Assembly: GCA_009602725.1 (NCBI GenBank)
Contig: WELB01000006.1
Coordinates: 537,683 to 601,682 of the forward strand
From: Spirogloea muscicola
Lineage: Eukaryota
Length of the DNA: 64,000 nucleotides
Direction: 5' to 3'
The first letter of the stretch is position 1; each line of letters opens with the position of its first letter. Under the pieces are notes generated by a model that had not been told where the DNA came from, did no database searches, and was given only the letters and a program-made list of their open reading frames with translations. Of the stretch, positions 12,621 to 23,774 are shown piece by piece. Made by a program: the position numbers and the translations under genes.

Positions 12621-13424
12621 AGCAACCCGGCAGCTTGAAGCCGGGCAGCTGCAACTTGCCGACCCTTCCAACGATCGATGGCTGTCGTGCCATACAGTGT
12701 CGATTGCTAGGAAATGTCGATAGGGCAAATTTGTTTAAGAATTCAGGTGACACGTCAGAGTCCACGTGGTTGGCAACGTCCGCATTATGAAAGAAAACGA
12801 AAAAGCGAGAATATAAGAACTGCATCAACATTGCACTGGATGATAGTATAGAAGTAACTAACAATTACCGTGGTGCGTTTACCAGACTCTGAAATGGAGA
12901 ATCTCTTTAGTACAGTAAACAAGGTGGATAGTATACACCAAGCAGTCAACAGCAGTGCAATGAAATAGATCCGGAATTGATTAATGACCTCGCAGGGTCT
13001 CGGGCACTGTAAGCAATCGTCTCAGTGCCAGGTGACCAAATGTGTCGAGTGCCGGTTACAATGTTCGCCCTATTCGAATCTTTACGTCACAGTATCTCTA
13101 CGCGCCCTATTCGGGACTTTGCTTAGTACTTGCGATGATGCACACGATGCAACCTCTGTAGATGATACAGTTAAACAATGCGTCCTGAAGGTTTTCCGAG
13201 ACAATGTTCAGAGCGTCGAGTCGAGCAAAACAAGCGTGCCTTGCCAATGCACCAGTTCACGTACCGAGCTGAAGGTGCCGTGTTTGCAAATCCTGGTTCA
13301 CATTAAAGTGATAGGTGACGTGCCTCCAATGTCCACGTGTGCAGCCACCTCACATGCCTTGTCAGATCGACAATAATATGCCACCGACGGGATATCTCAT
13401 GACATATGGCCAACTGCTGCAGAA

Positions 13425-15795
13425 AGGAAGTGGCTCTCCCAACGGGGCTCTCCTAACGGGGAAAGCGCTGTGAACAGCCATCCCGAAAAGACTTGACAAG
13501 GTCCAAAGGGGCCGAATAGCGCTTTCCTGGTAAGAAATTGCTCGCCCGCAGAGGGTAGGGGCTGGGAAATGCTAGCCTGGTAGGATAGTCACCTAGTAAT
13601 CTCTAATGTGGAGCCGCAAGTCATGAAGACTAGCCGCCGGAAGGATGAAATTGTTCGCCCATAGAGAAGAGGAAAGCAATCCCCTTGACGAAAGCGAGAG
13701 GCTGCAGAAGGTCCAGCCACCGGCAGGGCATATACCGGACCCATAGAAGCTAAGGTCCCTGAACCTTGGCAGAAATTCGCTCTTCAGAACCGTACTACGG
13801 ATGGCTGACTCCTCGAAGAGAAGTGTCCCCCGTCGGAACTGCATATCTTCAGGCCCCGCCGTCGTTGTGGCTTAAGGCCCCTCCGTCATTCTGGCCCCTT
13901 CAAACCTTCGTCAATTCTTTTCGGGCTGGCTTCTCACAGCCCTTGCCCCCATCGGGAGAGCCACGTCCTAAACTGCGCCTCACGCCCTTTCTGTTTCCCT
14001 CGTCTCCTTCGGCTCGTTCCTTGAGTTGTTTGGTTCCTTGTGCTGCCCACCGCCCGAAGCGTCTGGCCTTCGGGGGTACTGAGTGTTTCGTAGCTGCTTG
14101 ATTTTATTTGTGCTAGCGTTTTCGCGATTCCCCTGGCCCCTACGAACTTTGTTCATTCATTTGGGCTGGCCTTTCCAGCGGAGTGCCTCTTTCCCTGCAG
14201 CGAGCTACTCAGACCTGATGTTGCTCACTCGTGGGTACTGAGCTTCCCTCTGCATCGTCTCTGTGTTCTGCAGTGTTTTGTAGTGTAGTCCTTGACCCGC
14301 TTCCAGGAACCCAGTCTCTCAGACCTGATGTTGCTCACTCGTGGGTACTGAGCTTCCCTCTGCATCGTCTGTGTTCTGCAGTGTTTTGTAGTGTAGTCCT
14401 TTTTCCCCTGGCCCCTTCTCGTCCTTTGTTCATTCTTTTCTGGGCTAGCTTTTTCCAGCCCCTATCCTCAATGGGCGAGCCCTTCTCTCTCTCCTTTTCC
14501 GGCTCCTCTTTCTTTGAAGAAGTGGCTCTCCCAATGGGGGCAAGGGCTGTGAGAAGCCAGCCCGGAAAGAATTGACAAGGTTCGAAGGGGCCAAACTACG
14601 AGCTAAGCAGCGACTTCGGGGCCTGAAGAGGCTATGACAGAACGGGGGAGGATGGACCACTTAACAGTTACGAGTGAGGAGCCTCACATCCGACAGACTA
14701 GCTGCCGGTAAACTATCCCCCTGACGAAAGGCGGAGGCCGCAGCGAGAGCACGGCCAGCACGCACATGCAAGGCGTGGGCCATGGACCGCTGGAGGGAGA
14801 CGGACAAGCACATACGATAAACCTGAGCCCACGAGCCAGCGGCGTTGAAGTCAGCCGGCTCACCGCGCCTGCGGGACACAGCGCGCCGTGCAAGCCTGGC
14901 CAACAGGTCGAGCCAGTGGGATCCGAGAGCCCCATGCACGTCCACAGCCAGGGGGACGAACTCGTCGGCAGCCGGGTGGTCGGCGTGTTTGGCCGCCTTG
15001 CTGCGAGCGGCCTTTGCCGCAGCGTGGCCAGCCCGCGAGGCAGAAAGCCCCGGGTTGGAGCGGTCGACCACATCAGTGGTGACCACATCGGCAATGATGC
15101 GCCCGCCACCGCCCGTTTCTTTGGCTTTGGACATTGTCCAATCTTTTTTGGGCCGGCTTCCAGCCCCTCTTCTCTATGGGCGCGCACTTCTTTTCTGTTT
15201 CCCTCGTCTCCTTCGGCTCGTTCCTTGAGTTGTTTGGTTCCTTGTGCCTCTTCAGGCCCCGCAGTCGCTGCTTAGCTCGTAGTTTGGCCCCTTCGAACCT
15301 TGTCAATTCTTTTAGGGCTGGCTTCTCACAGAGAAAAGCGCGCCCATAGAAAAGAGGGGCTGGTCAAGCCAGCCCAAAAAAGAATGGACAATGTCCAAAG
15401 CCAAAACAAGAGGAGCCGGAGAAAGGACTACACTACAACATACTGCAGAACACAGAAACGATGCAGAGGAAAGCTCAGTACCCACGAGTGAGCAACATCA
15501 GGTCTGAGTAGCTCGCTGCAGGCTTCTCACAGCCCTTGCCCCCATTGGGAGAGCCACTTCTTCTTGTGCTGCCCACCGCCCGAAGCGTCTGGCCTTCGGG
15601 GGTACTGAGTGTTTCGTAGCTGCTTGATTCCATTTGTGCTAGCGTTTTCGCGATACCCCTGGCCCCTACGAACTTTGTTCATTCATTTGGGCTGGCCTTT
15701 CCCAGCCCCTATCCTCTATGGGCGAGCACTTCTCCTTTTGGACCGTTGTCATTCTTTTTGGGCTGGCCCCCCCGCCCCTCTTGAAGACCTTTCTT
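13425..15795. mobile_element. Nested cluster of truncated RLE retroelements
   Basis: At least 10 tail modules. Insertions are bounded by direct repeats TTTCTTT (14509-15 / 15116-22), CTTGTGC (15241-47 / 15563-69) and GGCTTCTCACAG (15320-31 / 15521-32). Confidence 0.85.
14516..15115 (-). mobile_element. 5'-truncated RLE retroelement (subfamily A), 600 bp, 7-bp TSD
   Basis: ORF RIIADVVTTD..KAAKHADHPAADEFVPLAVDVHGALG..LSVSLQRS..LLTRNC*. Ends in GAGAGCCACTTCTTC and is flanked by TTTCTTT on both sides. Confidence 0.85.
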
Positions 15796-15934
15796 CTGGC
15801 AACCCCCCATTCCCCCCGCGACGTGGCCGATCTGACGTGGCCACGGAAAACACCGTCTGCCGCCTTCAGGCCAGCCGGCTTTGACGACAGCGCCGCCGCC
15901 GCCACCGCCGCAGCGCGAGCTGCGGCGTAAGCTT

Positions 15935-17862
15935 ATGGCATCAACTTCTGCCCTGCACACCGCCGGCGGCGCTGCCGCCGGCACTCACAGCCCTCTTTCC
16001 AGGCGTTGTGCTATTCACCCTGCCCTCCAAAGTGGCGCCCTGTCAGCACTGTCAGCACATCTGCGCCTGTCCAGGGCTCTGCGCGCCAGGAGGCCACCTT
16101 CTCTAGCGGGCCAGCCTCGGACCGCTGGCTTGACGTGTCGAGCGGACGGTCAAGGCGACGGCGGGCGCGGCAACCGAAGCCCGCTCAGTGTGAGGTTTGT
16201 CACTGGTCTTGGTGTTAAGTGGGTATCTGAAGGGCTATGACAAGTGCGACTCTTGGGCAAGCGACTGGAAGCGCGCTCGTTCCTTCCAGATAAGCTTTTT
16301 ATATCGTCTGCAACTTTCCAACCCTCGCTCTGTTCAACTTCCTGCAGCAAGGCAGCCAAGGTGAGGAGCGAGGTTACGGCGCCGTTTCGGTCAGTGCGCA
16401 TGTTCTTCTACCTGGCCTTTATTGCCAGCGGTACTCTGGGAGGCCTCATTGCACTTAGCAGAGTCGTCGGAGCCTTGGCCGGCGCTCCCAATGCCGACCC
16501 TCTTACCGAAACCCTCAAGGGCCTCGCCATCGACGTCGCTGCCGTTGTGGCATTTGGCTTGCTTTACAGGTGCTTCTTGAAGCCCTTCTCAACACACATC
16601 TTGTAACTTGGTTGGTGAGGACCAGGCATTGCGTGTGAACGCAATGATGGTCACAGGCTTGGCTGCCTGCTTTCTGATTGTCTTGCACGACTGCAACAGG
16701 TCCGATGCTAAGGCTGGCAGGGCCTCCACAGCTCGGTTCTCCCGGGAAGAGAACCTTGCAAACCTCAGGCTTGAGTTTCCGGGCAAGAAGGTGCTGACTG
16801 TGGGCCAGCTACGAGGCAGCAGAAGGGTTATCCTCATAGGCGGATCATCCGAGCACGTACGACAGTCTCTAGCTGTAGCTGAACCTCTGAAGGAGGCCCT
16901 CATTGAGCGGGGCGTGCTTGTAGTCCCGCTTCCAACTGATGGCTCAAATACAGCTGCCTCAGAAGGTCACGCTCGCCCCCTGTGCCTGCAGTGCAGTGAA
17001 AAGTACAATGGTCATCAGACTCGCTTAGGTTTGGCAGGCCAGCCAACAAGCTGTGTGCGAGGCGGCGTGAAAGGGCAGCAGTTCTTAGATCCTCGTCCAG
17101 CCTTTTCCTGACCGCTAGCAGTTTGTTTTGCAGAAGCCTTTGACTGCGTAAACTCCTCTCAGCCGGTTTGCCAATGATGGTGCGACTAACAACATTTATT
17201 GTTCTTATTGGCTACAGAGGTTGCAAAAGAAGGAGATACATCTACACTCAGGAGATGGATAGCATACCCTATCTACACAGGAGACTGGTTCAAGTAAGTT
17301 GCTCGGTCTGAGCTGTGAAGACCATGTATTATCAACTGTATCTGTATGCAGAGCTATCATCAAAGCATCCAACCTTTTGACCTAAGATTTAGTACTACAA
17401 GCAAATGCCTTCTCAAAGTGAGAATACCACAAGAGCAACCACAGCAAAAAGCTTATCTTGAGATGTGGCACCGTATCCAAGCGAATGTCCTCTTGAAGAG
17501 GAGGAGACGGGCAGCTAACAATTTGTCACAATGGACTAGGTGGCTGGAGGAGCAAATGAAGTTTGCCAACTTGAAAGACGGAACACCAGTGTGAGTTCCA
17601 GAAAGTGTACACCTTCTTTGGTAGGAAATGCTGAATGCTTGATTGCAAGCTCAGTGCCCTGAGCACCTGCTAGTGCAACAGCAGTTCCTCACTCTCACTT
17701 TGTGTACTTCACACTTCTGTCAGATATATCTCCCTCAGATTGGATGGGCGAGTGAGAGGAAGTGGCGTAGGTCCTCCACCTTGGTCTAGGCTTGTGGCCC
17801 AGCTACCACCCATGAAGGGCATCTGGGCGGGAGCTTTGGATGGAATGGATGGTAGAGTGTGA
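15935..17862 (+). CDS. LOW PSII ACCUMULATION 1-like (DUF3493) plastid protein, apparently without TPRs
   Basis: KVRSEVTAPFRSVRMFFYLAFIASG, SREENLANLRL, LIERGVLVVP, WLEEQ, YISLRLDGRVRGSGVGPPPW..LPPMKGIWAGALDGMDGRV*. Confidence 0.85.
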
Positions 17863-18039
17863 GTTCTGCTTCTACATAACAAGAATGTTCTAGCTTCTAG
17901 CAAGAATGTGGTTGCTTGGAACCAGAGGCCCGGTTGAGTCAAGCTCATCCAGGTGATATTTCAGCTGAATATGCGACCTGCACGACCACCGCCGGTCGCA
18001 CTTGCAGCTCATTGAGCAAGCTTGCTTTCTCCAATTTTC

Positions 18040-18519
18040 CAAACACGCCGACCACCCGGCTGCCGATGAGTTCGTCCCCCTGGCTGTGGACGTGCACGGG
18101 GCTCTCGGATCCCAATGGCTCGACCTGTTGGCCAGGCTTGCACGGCGCGCTGTGTCCCGCAGGCGCGGTGAGCCGGCTGACTTCAACGCCGCTGGCTCGT
18201 GGGCTCAGGTATATCGTATGCGATTGTCCGTCTCCCTCCAGCGGTCCATGGCCCACGCCTTGCATCTGCGTGCTGGCCGTGCTCTTGCTGCGGCCTCCGG
18301 CTTTCGTCAGGGGGATAGTTTTCCGGCAGCTAGTCTGTTGAATGTGAGGCTCCTCACTCGTAACTTCTGAGTGGTCCATCCTCCCCTGTTCTGCCATAGC
18401 CTCTTCAGGCCCCGAAGTCGCTGCTTAGCTCGTAGTTTGGCCCCTTCGAACCTTGTCAAGTCTTTTTCGGGCTGGCTTCTCACAGCCCTTGCCTCCATTG
18501 GGAGAGCCACTTCTTCGAT
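18040..18519 (+). mobile_element. 5'-truncated RLE retroelement (subfamily A), probable 8-bp TSD
   Basis: Near-identical to the reverse complement of 14516-14991. Flanked by CAATTTTC at 18032-39 and 18520-27. Confidence 0.85.
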
Positions 18520-19261
18520 CAATTTTCTGCCACCCAAGTAGCGGGGGCACCGTCGCGCCCCTGCAACTGTCGGTGGGCGTTACAGCCCGCCGTTAGCCGT
18601 CGAGTGTCCGCCAGTGCAGCCTCGGCGGGAGGCCGGGAGTCAGCCGGGGCGGGAAGCCGGGCTTCGTGGCGGCAGGTGGACTTGCTGCAGGCTGGGCAGC
18701 CCGCCTTGCCTTTTCCCGTCGGTGGCACGACAAAAGCCGCGCGGCGCGCATGAAATGAAGGGGAAGCCAATGCAAGCCGATACCCTGTTCAGGCAAAGCT
18801 AGCGCAAGACGTGGGGCTACGTGAAACGAAGCTCTATGCTAAGGGGACCCTCTCGGTCTCGGCCCCTGTGTACTTTCTTAAACATTTCGGGCTGGCTGTT
18901 CACAGCCCTTGCTCCGCTTTGGGTGAGCTTACGTATTTTCACAGCCCTCGCTCCCGTCTACACTTTCCCTTCGCGCAAAGTCGGCAGGCCGCCTCCGCGC
19001 AGCCGTCAGGTCGCCACATGGCGGGGGGGTGGGGATCAGGATCTACACTGGAGCACCGCCGGATGCCGGCCCGCCTCCGACGGGATGCTCGCCACCCCCT
19101 CTCCCCACCACCACCCCGCGGCGCTCCCCCGCCATTGACGCACACCGCCCCACCTCGGCTCAGGCTGTGCTCCGCGCGGGCCCGCTCGCCTTCTCCCGGA
19201 TGCGACGGCGACGGCGGTCCCGCAGCAGCCGCCTCAGCCTCCCCATGCTGCCGTGTCGTCC

Positions 19262-21700
19262 ATGAAAGCCAAAGGCTGCCCACGTTGGCCCCACTCGGCA
19301 CGGCCCTGCGCGATGGCGCACGTCAAGCTGCTCAATCCAGTGGGCCTCCAGGACCACGGTGTACTCGAGAAGGAGGACTCTGTGCAGGAGGCTGCCAGTG
19401 CGCTGACATGCCTGACGTCGGGGCCTGTGACCAGGAGCATGGCCAAGGGGAGCCCTGCACCCTTTGTTGCTTCAGGTGGTTTTGTACCACGGGCAGACAG
19501 CAGCCCACCGGAAGCTGCACGAGTGGACAGCCAGGATGAATTTTCAACTCCTGAAGAGGACGAGGCAAGCATATCCAGTCTTCCACAAATAATGTCAGGG
19601 ACTAACGTGACACTTGGTGCCATGTATGCTATACCTCCGTTGCGGGCTCCCTCCCCCAGCTTGAATTACGTTACAATCACGCTACTTTCAAACTCCTGCA
19701 CGTGAGGTCCATCACTCAGCGTGAGGTCCATCACAAATGCTGTCACTCTGGGTGCTGAGGCTCCAACTCCACTGCATTAGTCAGGACACGCTTATGCTGC
19801 TCGTGGTAATCTAGCAGGTATGTAAGCCTTCTGTTGACACGTCCTCTTGTCCTGCACAGTGGCTAGAGAGTAGCGAAGTTGAGGAAGGAACAACAGGCTG
19901 TAGGAGCGACGCAGAGACACCGGCACTTAAGGTTGACCTTCGCGTGCCTTCCAGCCAGATAGCAGCACCACATTCAATCCCTGGAAATGCTGCTGGCGTA
20001 ATGTCTGCTGCACCTGAGCAAGCAGACAAAGCTATCCTTCACCTGAAAGCAGAAACTCCAGAACAGCAAGGAGCTGCAGACGCGGCCACCAGTGCAGCAG
20101 TACCTGCACGGGAGCCTCAGAAGACTACTGGGTTTGGAGAGAAGATTGCTCATATGCAGGAAGAGGGCCTGGTGACTGTGACTGCTGTCGACAGTGCTGA
20201 GTTGAAGGATGGTGGCTCTGCTCCATGTGCTGATGTGAAAGTGTTCAAGACGGAGCTCGGCAGTAGCACCTGGTGGGCGTGGAAGAGTCCTCTGGAAGTG
20301 GGCAGCGAACTTTTGAACCAATTGGACCTGACCATAAGCCCCACAGTGGCACATGTCTCTCAGGGGTTGAGCAGATTGGGCAAAGGTGATGCAAATGCAG
20401 GGGCCAACCGGGAAGGCACCTGGTCGCCACCAGATGTGTTCTCGTCACTCACAAAGAACCTGGAACGACTTCGAGTATCTCCTCCCTGGGCTGGCGAAGC
20501 AGCATATGAGTCATTGGAAACAAAGCCATCAACGAACATAAGGAGAACCAATCCGCATAAGCCACGGTCTAGTGACGTTGCTCTCGTGGGGAGCCCATCA
20601 CCAGTTGACGAGCTGGAAGACCTTGGGCTGATCCTGAGCGAGCCCTCCCCAAATGAGTACTCTGGGGCTGACAATGGCGAGGAAAGCCTCCCTGCACCAC
20701 CTTCTCCTCCCGCTGAGATGCTGCCTTTTGTAAAGGAGCTGATGGCGCCATTCGCAAGCTCTGCATTATTGGTCAACTTGAAGTCATCTGCATCGGCTGC
20801 AGTTCCAGAGGGGACCCAGGGGCTGACTTCATCTTTGTCCCCTGCCTGGATTGGATCAAGTCTCATTGCCAGCTCAGTAGTCGGGGCTACAGTTGGTGGA
20901 CTGGTGGGTGGCCCTGTGGGCTTTGTGGCAGGTATACTGGAAACCTCAAGGAGTGTCATTACCACAGCCATTGCCATCACCGTTGTTGTACTTACTCGAA
21001 AGGCCTGGTGATGCTGACATGTGTTTGTGTTATCTGTGGCTTGGACAACATATGTTTTCTTGGTCATTGGCATACCTTGGCATACCTTGGTCATTAGCAT
21101 TGACTTCGTTTTCGGTTGCAGGGCTAGGGCTGAAGTCGGCGGCAGCTGTGGCTGCCTTAGCTGGTGCAAGCTTAGGGACGACAGTATACCACCACCTTGT
21201 GGTGCCTGTAAGCAACCTGGTCTTAGAGCATGAGATCATTCTGCTGTTTGTATGACTTTGCTTGTACGTCAAGTGTATATCTGCCACAGGCAGTTTAAAT
21301 GAGCAGCTTGCAGGAGTATGGCAAGCTCGCACAATTTTGTCTTCGCTTTTGAGTGGTTGCTGATGATCCTAAACCTCCCCTATCTTTGTCGCAGGCTGCA
21401 CCCACTGCTGCTACTAAGCATAAATTGGAACATTCACCTCCTGTGAGCATGGAGGTGCCCTCGTCCTTGGGCTCGGGTACAGACCTAATCTGGGTCAAGA
21501 TGCAGCCCACCCTGGTTAAGAGTGTGGAGGCTTCTCCCAAGCAGCCACCAGCAACTGGAAAAGGCACCGGCAAGGCCAAGATGGTGTTTCCACCCACCTT
21601 TGGCTCCTCCGCAAGGCCGACTTCACCGCTGCTTCCCGCCAGCTTTGACCCCCCTGGTCCAACTGCGAGGGAATCTCTTCAGCAGCCCCCCCCCCCCCCC
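19262..21700 (+). CDS. Unknown largely disordered protein with a glycine-zipper hydrophobic hairpin near the C-terminus
   Basis: Long ORFs at 19253-19705, 19944-21011 and 21353-21745. A splice from ~20931 to ~21128 gives VGATVGGLVGGPVGFVAG-LKSAAAVAALAGASLG. Boundaries are approximate. Confidence 0.55.
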
Positions 21701-22278
21701 CNCCCCCCCCCCCCCCCCCCGAACCTTTATTTCATGATGCATTGAGATAGTCCACTGGAGGTGGACTGCAGTCTGTATATATTGTGCATAAACGTCAAGC
21801 TTCCTCCTGATTGCTATCACAGAGCCGTAATTTCATGGCAGCAGCTGCGTTCCTTGACAAGAGCTGCAAGACTGGGACAACAGCAAAAAGTAGGGTCTCT
21901 ACATCTTTATCCATGTATACCAAGTACAGTCGTCCATTACGACCATGACGATGACAATGTGCTGTACGGCAATTCTTTGATCCTGAGCTCAATAAGAAGA
22001 GTGGATTAGCCAGGCTCTTTGCAAGCAGACGCACTCTGTCCTTTCAATCAAGAACTACATCAGATTGGTTCCATCAATATGTTCCTGCAAAACTTGCTCA
22101 CGACCAGCGATTACAAAAACAGCATAGCATGCCATTTAAGCATCTGCTAGTCTGTCTGATGTATGCCTGGACTGTTGGCTTGCTGTAGCTCTCCCTATCT
22201 AAGTTCAAGCTACTGGCAAGAATGTATGGTCTACGTTCAAGGTACTGGCATGCTTGTACAACTGCTTGTACAACCGTG

Positions 22279-23470
22279 TTACTGCTCAAGGAGAAAAGCT
22301 CGTATCCTTCCTAGAAGCTCTGCTTTCACTTCGTCAGGGACCATAGCTGGTGCAGCCAGATCAGGACGTGCTCATGTGAGTCTCTGACAGTTGCTCAATC
22401 ATCTGCTTTCTCTAGTGTGTGTAGTTGCCCAATTACCATCTGGGTCAGAGTGATGTCTGTAAAATGGACTTGAAAGCATTGTTGTACCATGTTGTTAAAA
22501 CCATTTGCATGTTGCCATTTGCAATAGCTATGATACTCCCGCTCTTTCAAAGACATTTGGCTGGACCCGAGGTGATGAGAGGCTGAGGGGTAGGCATGCA
22601 GACCTCGCCCCTTTGGAGTGATAGTCTGGACAAGGTCATCCACCGTTACATTAAGTCGTCCTTTTGTTCTTGTGTAAGCCCTGCACAGCAAAGTCCAAAA
22701 GTCGGTCGCAATCAAGGATGAGGTCTGAGGAACCCTGCACAAGCAGCACACACGCGGCCGTCCCTGGACAAGCTGCGTGACGAGGACATGTGCGAGATAA
22801 ATTAGGTTCCTTATCGAAGACCTGCAGTGCCCCTTGAGCTCGTCGCGCCAGCCGCACTCGATCAGCCGCTCTCTGAGCAGCTCCTTGAGGCGCTCCTTCT
22901 CGCCAGACTCAATGAGCTGGGCGCGTGCAACCCGCGGAACATATCAGCTCGGCGCACAGAGATCTGCTAACGCTTGCGTGCTGGCGAGCCGGCACTAAAG
23001 TGCTTCGCATGCAACGCGACGCCATCCTGTGCATAAGAATGGGCGCGCTAAGTAACAAGCCGCTAGCCGTGAGGTCGATGCAGGGCCTGCAGCTCCCACG
23101 CGGCGACCTCCCAACAGAGGCGGCTGCGCGAGGTGTCTGACGAAGGCTTCTTCGTGAAAGCCCGCTTCAGCCGGCGCACCTTGACGTTGATGGCCTCCTG
23201 CAGCGTCGGCTTGGAGGCGGCGGCGACGTGCTCGTCCTCCACCTCCGGCGTCGGCGGCCGGTTGATGGACGACGGCTTCCTGCAGGGGCCGCGGCCGTGC
23301 GCGGATCGTGAGCTGCCGGAGCCCTCCGAGCCGCGGCGCGAGAGGGGCTTGGCGAGGGGCCGCAGCGGGCGCCGGGCGGTGCTGCGAGCTCGTCGCAGGC
23401 CGCAGCTCTGGAGGCGGCGGACGACGGCGACGGCGGCGGCGGCTCGCGCGGGGTGTGCTCACGCTGCCAT
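22279..23470 (-). CDS. ENY2: Transcription and mRNA export factor ENY2/SUS1
   Basis: Spliced MAAKPSSINRPPTPEVED..TLQEAINVK / LIESGEKERLKELLRERLIECGWRDELK..CR / AYTRTKGRLNVTVDDLVQTITPKGR / MVPDEVKAELLGRIRAFL. Confidence 0.93.
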
Positions 23471-23774
23471 GGACACCTGGGAGGGCGCCGCCCGAGGCGC
23501 GCGCGGCGGCCGGGCAGCCCCGGCGCTGGCGGTGGCCCCGCCGCCGAGCGACTGCCCTCCCTGCCGGGGCTCAGCCTCCCACTGCCGCCGCCGCCGCCGC
23601 CGCCGCTCGCTGTGCAGAGATCTGCTTGCGGCGGCGGTCAGCCGGCCGAGGGAGCTAGGACAGCGGGAGCTCGCTCGCAGCTGCGGCGGCCTCCACGGCG
23701 GAGGCGTCGGCCGAGGCGCCGGCGGGTGCTGCGACGCACCGGCAACCCCGTGGCGGGCCTCGCAGGGCAGGGCA

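Noticed and set aside
12620..13420. ORFs in the intergenic stretch (e.g. 12984-13376)
   Set aside because: No recognisable motifs or splice support.
18460..18516. Helitron-type 3' hairpin interpretation of the tail module
   Set aside because: Copies follow RLE ORFs, are 5'-truncated, carry variable TSDs and lack a CTRR end.
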